A DNA stretch of 12,580 nt from contig JBHLPR010000065.1 of assembly GCA_048939245.1 (NCBI GenBank), positions 1 through 12,580 on the forward strand, given 5' to 3'. The notes below the pieces were generated by a model that was not told the DNA's origin, ran no database searches, and was given only the letters and a program-made list of their open reading frames with translations. Origin of the DNA: Promethearchaeota archaeon. GTDB lineage: Archaea; Asgardarchaeota; Hermodarchaeia; Hermodarchaeales; Hermodarchaeaceae. Below, piece by piece: positions 7,823-12,580 of the stretch; within the stretch, counting starts at the first letter, position 1, and each line of letters starts with the position of its first letter. The translations under genes were made by a program, and so were the position numbers.

Positions 7823-8377
7823 ATGGTGACTGAGCAATCTCCTCGTAAATCACGGACGCGACGTATCCTTGATACAATACACCTCCTCATCAGCCATCAT
7901 GACCCTCCCTATATGCACCGCACCTGGTCAATCTCATTTCGTGGGCATACTCTTCATATCTGTGCCCGTTGCTCCGCGCTCCTTTTCGGAATTATCCTTG
8001 CCCTCTACATCCATCTCTTCTTTTTGTTCATCCCACTTAATCCAATCACGTTTTTAGGCGCATTCCTCCTCAGCCTCCCGGCTGTACTTGATTGGTCGAC
8101 TCAAACCCTGCAGATGCGAGAAGGCCGAAATCTGATACGCGCCCTCACAGGATTTCTCCTTGGATATGCGGTTGGATTTGTCCTCTCTTCCTTCAATCTC
8201 TTTTATTATCTTCTCGTCGTTGTCCTTTATACTGGCTACACTCTTGGTCTTGGGGCTCTTACACCCCGAATTCTCCGATGGCGTGAAAATCGTCAGTCAC
8301 TCCAAAAACCAAATCCTCCACGCCTTCGATTGTCCTCCACCCAGCAAAAGGACGAAAATCATGAGCGTGACGAATAG
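7823..8377 (+). CDS. DUF2085-family membrane protein
   Basis: SHH....HR...RG..LHICARC, LP..LDWSTQ, RE..N.IR.LTG.L.G, with about 4 TM helices. Confidence 0.85.
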   Translation: MVTEQSPRKSRTRRILDTIHLLISHHDPPYMHRTWSISFRGHTLHICARCSALLFGIILALYIHLFFLFIPLNPITFLGAFLLSLPAVLDWSTQTLQMREGRNLIRALTGFLLGYAVGFVLSSFNLFYYLLVVVLYTGYTLGLGALTPRILRWRENRQSLQKPNPPRLRLSSTQQKDENHERDE

Positions 8378-8439
8378 GAGAACTTTTAAGGAGCATACTT
8401 TTGGTAAGGGATTATCGCTCTCCCTGAGGGACCTATACG

Positions 8440-8769
8440 ATGTCAAAAAGCCAGGCTAAACCGGAAACCACCAAGACCTTCATTACCATCGAAATCAAGG
8501 ACATGCTCAATCACGGTGGTGAACTCGGTACAGCACTAGTCAACTTTCTCAGTGAAAAGCTCGCTAAAGATGTAACCATCAACGCCGCAGACACCGAAGT
8601 GTATATTCGCAGTGACATCGTTCAGCATCCCAGTAAAACCCATCTTCGCACCTATCTGAAACGGTTCCTCCACCTCAACGCACTCCGTGAAGACCTCAAA
8701 CTCATATCTCGAAGCAAAGACCGATTTGCCATTATAGAATATGTCACCGTGGTCTATGTCGAAGATTGA
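8440..8769 (+). CDS. rpl22e: Ribosomal protein eL22 (L22e)
   Basis: FITIE, NFLSEKL and SKTHLRTYLKRFLHLNALREDLKLIS.SKD.F.I.Y align by eye to eukaryotic L22e ([36 protein letters not shown].Y); 109 aa. Confidence 0.85.
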   Translation: MSKSQAKPETTKTFITIEIKDMLNHGGELGTALVNFLSEKLAKDVTINAADTEVYIRSDIVQHPSKTHLRTYLKRFLHLNALREDLKLISRSKDRFAIIEYVTVVYVED

Positions 8770-8912
8770 TTATCCTCATTTCTGCTTTCAATATCATCAA
8801 CCTTCTCCTCCAACGCAAATGCTCCAAGAGCCGTAACGCTTAAGAATAAAGAACCGACAAAAATCCCGAAATAGTAAAACCGCGGAGATAGGATGTTGAG
8901 GAAACCGGAACT

Positions 8913-8939
8913 CCCTCCTATCCCAATATTTCCCTCCCC
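8913..8939 (-). other. Canonical G-quadruplex motif (minus strand) / i-motif (plus strand)
   Basis: Minus strand reads GGGG-A-GGG-AAATATT-GGG-ATAGGA-GGG (loops 1, 7, 6). Confidence 0.5.
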
Positions 8940-9007
8940 TCCTCCTCGCATGATTTGATGATATTTTTCCAATCCCAACATCCCTCCACTGCCCCACAGA
9001 TTGCGGT

Positions 9008-9021
9008 ATCCGCGCGCGGAT
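9008..9021. repeat. Perfect 14-bp palindrome ATCCGCGCGCGGAT
   Basis: Self-reverse-complementary, intergenic, about 120 nt upstream of the GTPase start. Confidence 0.7.
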
Positions 9022-9137
9022 TTCCAGCGACCCTCCACCCTTTATACCACACAGAAGGAGCGCTAAACCGCTAGAAACTGCAAACCTGAAGGCTTAAGAC
9101 CACACAAACAACGGCTTAATCATTGCGGTGTAGCACC

Positions 9138-9656
9138 ATGCGACACCTCAAAATCCTTGTCATTGGACCCCAAGGCGTCGGGAAAACCACACTCATCAAA
9201 AGTGCTACCAACCACGCCATCTCCACCGACGTCAACGGCTGCACTGTCTGCCTTGACTTCGGCACCCTTGAATATCGCCAATTCAAAGCCCATCTTTTCG
9301 GCAGTCCCGGCTTACAACATTTTGGGCTTGTCCGCAAAGCTCTTTCTGGTGGCACCGACGGTGTCATCCTAGTCGTGGACAGCGCCAATCCCCACACCAT
9401 CGTTCAAGGTGAATGTTACCTCCGTGAAATTTTTGGGTCCAACACTCCACCGGTTGCCGTCGCTGCTAATAAACAAGACCTTCCAGGCGCTATTCTTCCA
9501 AAACAAATCGAAACCCTCCTGAAAATCCGCGCCCCGGTCTTTCCCACGATAGCCCATCGTGGTCTTGGCCTTAACGAACTTCTAGGTCAGTTTATCAGCT
9601 ACCTCGGTGATATCGGAAAAGGTCTTAATGTTGCCACCCTCCTTGAAAATGCATAA
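9138..9656 (+). CDS. Small GTPase, MglA/COG2229-like (Ras/Arf superfamily), with atypical switch motifs
   Basis: G1 GPQGVGKT, G2 GCTVCLDFG, G3 FGSPGLQHF, VILVVDS, G4 NKQD, G5 PTIA. ATG 9138 preferred over TTG 9123. Confidence 0.93.
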   Translation: MRHLKILVIGPQGVGKTTLIKSATNHAISTDVNGCTVCLDFGTLEYRQFKAHLFGSPGLQHFGLVRKALSGGTDGVILVVDSANPHTIVQGECYLREIFGSNTPPVAVAANKQDLPGAILPKQIETLLKIRAPVFPTIAHRGLGLNELLGQFISYLGDIGKGLNVATLLENA

Positions 9657-9734
9657 AACTGACTAAATACCCGAAATTGCACAAGGCTTTTCAACAAGAA
9701 TAATAATTGAAGGCGCATCACGGAGGAAATAACC

Positions 9735-10052
9735 ATGGTCGAAGAACTCAATGACAAAACAATTGACGCATTCATCACTGAACATGAAATCGTCGTTCTT
9801 GATATCTACACTGAATGGTGTGGTCCTTGTAAAATTCAGACTCCGATTATGGAGGGTCTTGATAAGGAATTAGATAAGGATCGAGTGCGGATTGCGAAGC
9901 TTGATGCGGATCAGGCGCCAGAGACATCGATGAAGTATCAGATTCGTGCGATACCAACAGTGATTCTCTTTCAGAATGGTAAGCCGGTTAAGACGCACAT
10001 TGGAGTTTGGCCCCGAGAAGAAATTAAAAAGGAACTTGCGGTAATTCTCTAG
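9735..10052 (+). CDS. trxA: Thioredoxin
   Basis: WCGPC active site (9816-9830), cis-Pro motif IRAIPT, FQNG; 105 aa. SD GGAGG at 9722-9726. Confidence 0.96.
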   Translation: MVEELNDKTIDAFITEHEIVVLDIYTEWCGPCKIQTPIMEGLDKELDKDRVRIAKLDADQAPETSMKYQIRAIPTVILFQNGKPVKTHIGVWPREEIKKELAVIL

Positions 10053-10084
10053 TTAGCTAGCATTAACGCACCTTATCCACAGTC

Positions 10085-10107
10085 TTGTTTTTCTATTTTC
10101 TTTTAAT
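10085..10107 (+). terminator. U-rich archaeal terminator candidate after thioredoxin
   Basis: TTGTTTTTCTATTTTCTTTT about 30 nt after the stop. Confidence 0.4.
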
Positions 10108-10169
10108 GTCCTAGGGAGTGATGTTTGGAGTTGCCCAAACTCTTAAACACGGTGATTTTCTAGTGGTGC

Positions 10170-10583
10170 ATGATACGGTTCTTTGGGGCTGTTTGTGTGT
10201 CGGTGGATGCGGATCGTTTAATGGCTGATGTTGAGACCTTGCTAGAGGATTTTGATGAACGTGCTGGCGGGGTCGTGGCTGTTGTCCTCTTGATGAGGAC
10301 GGGGTTGCCGGTGGCGGCACGAATTCGGGCGCATGTAGATGAAACTTTTCTCTCAGCGAGTTTAGCGACGCTTCTCAATGTGTCCGTGGATTTATCTGAT
10401 AAGCTGTTTACCTTGACTCCAGCAAGAATTATGTTGGACACTGAGGCAGGGAGCTTGATTTTACGGGGGATAAACGAGGATATGGTGCTTGTGGCGGTGT
10501 TTAAAAAGCAACACTTGGGGGCCATTCTTTTACTGGTTGAACAGACAGCAAAAAGGCTCTCACGATTATTTCGGTCAACCTAA
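10170..10583 (+). CDS. Roadblock/LC7 (MglB-like) domain protein
   Basis: Helix, GVVAVVLL..TGLPVA, DETFLSA, IMLDTEAGSLIL, MVLVAV, LGAILL..., final helix: the roadblock pattern. Start is ATG 10170 (TATA-like CTTAAA ~25 nt upstream) or ATG 10221. Confidence 0.88.
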   Translation: MIRFFGAVCVSVDADRLMADVETLLEDFDERAGGVVAVVLLMRTGLPVAARIRAHVDETFLSASLATLLNVSVDLSDKLFTLTPARIMLDTEAGSLILRGINEDMVLVAVFKKQHLGAILLLVEQTAKRLSRLFRST

Positions 10584-10628
10584 TATGCTTTCTATCTGTG
10601 AACTTCGTTTGCACTGTTGGGTCCTAAT

Positions 10629-11345
10629 TTAGAAGAAGAAAGTTCGTCGTTTAGGCTCTTCTTCGTCGCCCTCTTCCGTTTCATCTTCTGCAGGTTCAGG
10701 AGTTGGTGCGGGTTCTGCTTCGGGTTCAGGAGTTGGTGCGGGTTCTGCTTCGGGAGGCGCTATTGGTTCAGGAGCCGGTTCAAACTCCGGTGCTGGTTCG
10801 AAGGTTGGCGCTGGTTCGGGTGGTGGTGGAGGACTTGGCTCCGTTTCTCCAAAATCAAAGGTTGGCGCTGGTTCAGGGGCTGGCTCTGGTTCGGGTGGTT
10901 CTTCAGCTAGAAAAATCTCGGGTTCTGGCTCGGGTTCAGGCTCGGGGAATGATTCAGGTACAGCTTCGGGTTCAGGAACTGGAGGGACTGGAGGTGGTAC
11001 CGCTTCAGGCTCTGGTTCGGGGCTGGGTTCAGGAATAGGCTCGGGTTCCGAAACCGGTTCGGGGCTGGGTTCCGGGGTTGGAGTGGGTTGTGCAGCTTCA
11101 ACTTCTTGAAGGCCAGGAAGCATTGCTTCCACTGCAGCGTCATCCTCACCAAAAGTGACACCAAGAATTTCTTTCAAACAAGGCGCGCATTTTTGGCGAA
11201 CGGCTTCAAGAGCTTCAGAAATAAAAGTCTCGATGGTGCGGTCCTCGTTAGGGTTCTTTTCTTTCCAGAAGAGGAACGTTTGTGTCATGCGCAATGCGTC
11301 ACGGACGCCGTTCCAGTACATTTGACCAAATTCTTCCTGTGACAT
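10629..11345 (-). CDS. Hypothetical protein: small helical N-domain with CxxC, long Pro/Glu-rich disordered region, KRRTFFF C-terminus
   Basis: Start refined to ATG 11345 (MSQEEF): TATA-like CTTTATAT about 25 nt upstream and AGGTG upstream. The ORF-track extension to 11423 lies in the promoter. Confidence 0.85.
   Translation of the reverse strand: MSQEEFGQMYWNGVRDALRMTQTFLFWKEKNPNEDRTIETFISEALEAVRQKCAPCLKEILGVTFGEDDAAVEAMLPGLQEVEAAQPTPTPEPSPEPVSEPEPIPEPSPEPEPEAVPPPVPPVPEPEAVPESFPEPEPEPEPEIFLAEEPPEPEPAPEPAPTFDFGETEPSPPPPPEPAPTFEPAPEFEPAPEPIAPPEAEPAPTPEPEAEPAPTPEPAEDETEEGDEEEPKRRTFFF
10693..10754. repeat. Perfect 2 x 30-nt tandem repeat ([10 protein letters not shown] x2) inside the Pro/Glu-rich gene
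   Basis: GGTTCAGGAGTTGGTGCGGGTTCTGCTTCG occurs twice. A 17-mer AAGGTTGGCGCTGGTTC also recurs at 10801 and 10858. Confidence 0.85.
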
Positions 11346-11546
11346 TTCGGAATTACACCTTTCCCATATAAAGGCAAACTTGATAAGTACGCTTCTCTGA
11401 GCGATAGATAACCACTCCCACATATTGCTTAAAATGTTTCGTCACTCTCCTCAGCCATCTGCACCTTTTCAGAAAGGAATAAAGTTTAGAAAAGACGCAA
11501 CAGGCTTTAATAGGGTGCCATATTCCTTGTTTGATGTGGGTCTTCA

Positions 11547-12580
11547 ATGGCGAAATCACTCCTAGAAAAAGTAATGACGATATCTTTACGTCGTGGTATT
11601 CTTTATCCCAGTGCTGAAATATATGGAGGACTTGCAGGGTTTTATGATTTCGGTCCAATCGGTGCCAGAATCCGAAATCAACTTACTCGGCTTTGGCGAA
11701 CAAGATTCGTAGAAAATCGTGATTTTGTTTATGAAGTGAGTGGAAATACTATCTTGCCAAGACCGGTATTCGAAGCCTCCGGGCACTTGGAACATTTCAC
11801 AGATCCATCGACTAAATGTCCCAAAGGGCACGTGACTCGGATTGATCAGTTAATTGAAGAGCGCTTGAAAATTCCTGCTGAAGGGAAATCAAACCAGGAA
11901 TTGGAAGCCATTGTACGCGAACACAAGCTGCGCTGTCCAGTTTGTGGCAATCCTTTAAATGAGGTTAAAAGCTTTGGGCTGATGTTCGGTACGAATGTGG
12001 GTGGGGAACGGCGGGAAGCTTTTCTTCGCCCTGAAACTGCACAGAATATTTTTCTAGGGTTTAAACGGATTCAAACGGCAATGCGTGCAAAACTCCCCTT
12101 TGGGGTTGCCCAGATTGGGCGATCATATCGAAATGAGATTTCACCTCGCCAAAGTATTGTGCGTGTGCGTGAATTTGGACAAATGGAAATTGAGTACTTC
12201 ATTGACCCCAAGCATTTAGATGCCTGCCCATTTTTTGAGGAGCTAGCCCAGATTTCTCTTAATTTTGTGACACGCGAAATTCAAGAGAAAGCTGCGAAAA
12301 AATCGAGTACTGACTACACATCTATACAACTCACTGTCCAAGAAGCATTTGAAAAGAAGTTAGTTCCCAACCAATGGATGGCTTCTGTTCTTGGGGATGA
12401 AGTGGAATTTTTCAAATTATTAGGAATTCCTGAGAAGGCTATTCGTTTTAGGCATATGCGTACTGAAGAAACTCCCCATTATAGCGGAGGGAATTTCGAC
12501 TTGGAAGTTGAATTCAGCTTTGGTTGGAAAGAGGTAATTGGAAATGCTTATCGACGCGACCATGATTTGAAATCGCATAT
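11547..12580 (+). CDS. glyS: Glycine--tRNA ligase, alpha2 (archaeal/eukaryotic) type, partial (runs off the window end)
   Basis: Manual translation gives RRGILYPSAEIYGGLAGFYDFGPIG, ASGHLEHFTDP, CPVCG, FLRPETAQNIF, KLPFGVAQIGRSYRNEISPRQ, REFGQMEIEYF, FGWKEVIG. Not in the ORF track. Confidence 0.97.
   Translation, partial: MAKSLLEKVMTISLRRGILYPSAEIYGGLAGFYDFGPIGARIRNQLTRLWRTRFVENRDFVYEVSGNTILPRPVFEASGHLEHFTDPSTKCPKGHVTRIDQLIEERLKIPAEGKSNQELEAIVREHKLRCPVCGNPLNEVKSFGLMFGTNVGGERREAFLRPETAQNIFLGFKRIQTAMRAKLPFGVAQIGRSYRNEISPRQSIVRVREFGQMEIEYFIDPKHLDACPFFEELAQISLNFVTREIQEKAAKKSSTDYTSIQLTVQEAFEKKLVPNQWMASVLGDEVEFFKLLGIPEKAIRFRHMRTEETPHYSGGNFDLEVEFSFGWKEVIGNAYRRDHDLKSH

Noticed and set aside
8754-9038. 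94-aa minus ORF with a Gly-rich part and one hydrophobic stretch
   Set aside because: No clear start signals or family motif, and it overlaps the eL22 3' end. A small membrane protein cannot be fully excluded.
8951-9089. C/D box sRNA (TTGATGA ... CTGA)
   Set aside because: Boxes are about 130 nt apart with no convincing D'/C' pair.
10617-11164. Repeats as CRISPR or mobile element; alternative-frame ORFs 10617-10910, 10703-11038, 10907-11164
   Set aside because: The repeats are in-frame coding repeats without spacers. The ORFs are shadows of the low-complexity gene.
11353-11831. Minus ORFs 11353-11658 and 11586-11831
   Set aside because: Antisense to glyS and the divergent promoter.

Overview
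Gene-dense archaeal chromosomal window, most likely from an Asgard archaeon (inference from eL22, a roadblock protein, an MglA-like small GTPase, archaeal TFB/TpiA/alpha2 GlyRS and TATA-type promoters). Gene order: partial RIO1 kinase (-, missed by the ORF track), Pro-rich Zn-ribbon membrane protein, two tandem TFB paralogs with similar promoters, DUF6125, mscL (-), tpiA, three small hypotheticals (PC4/Whirly-like, SCP2-like, degenerate Nudix), DUF2085, eL22, a structured ~370-nt intergenic region, small GTPase, thioredoxin, roadblock/LC7, a Pro/Glu-rich protein (-) and partial glyS (+, missed by the ORF track). The best candidate for a new system is the GTPase-thioredoxin-roadblock triplet. 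The GTPase has a CxxC around its switch-I Thr and Leu in place of the catalytic Gln, which suggests a redox-gated MglA/MglB-like switch. No mobile element, CRISPR array, rRNA or tRNA was seen. All family calls come from motif recognition by eye, not database searches.
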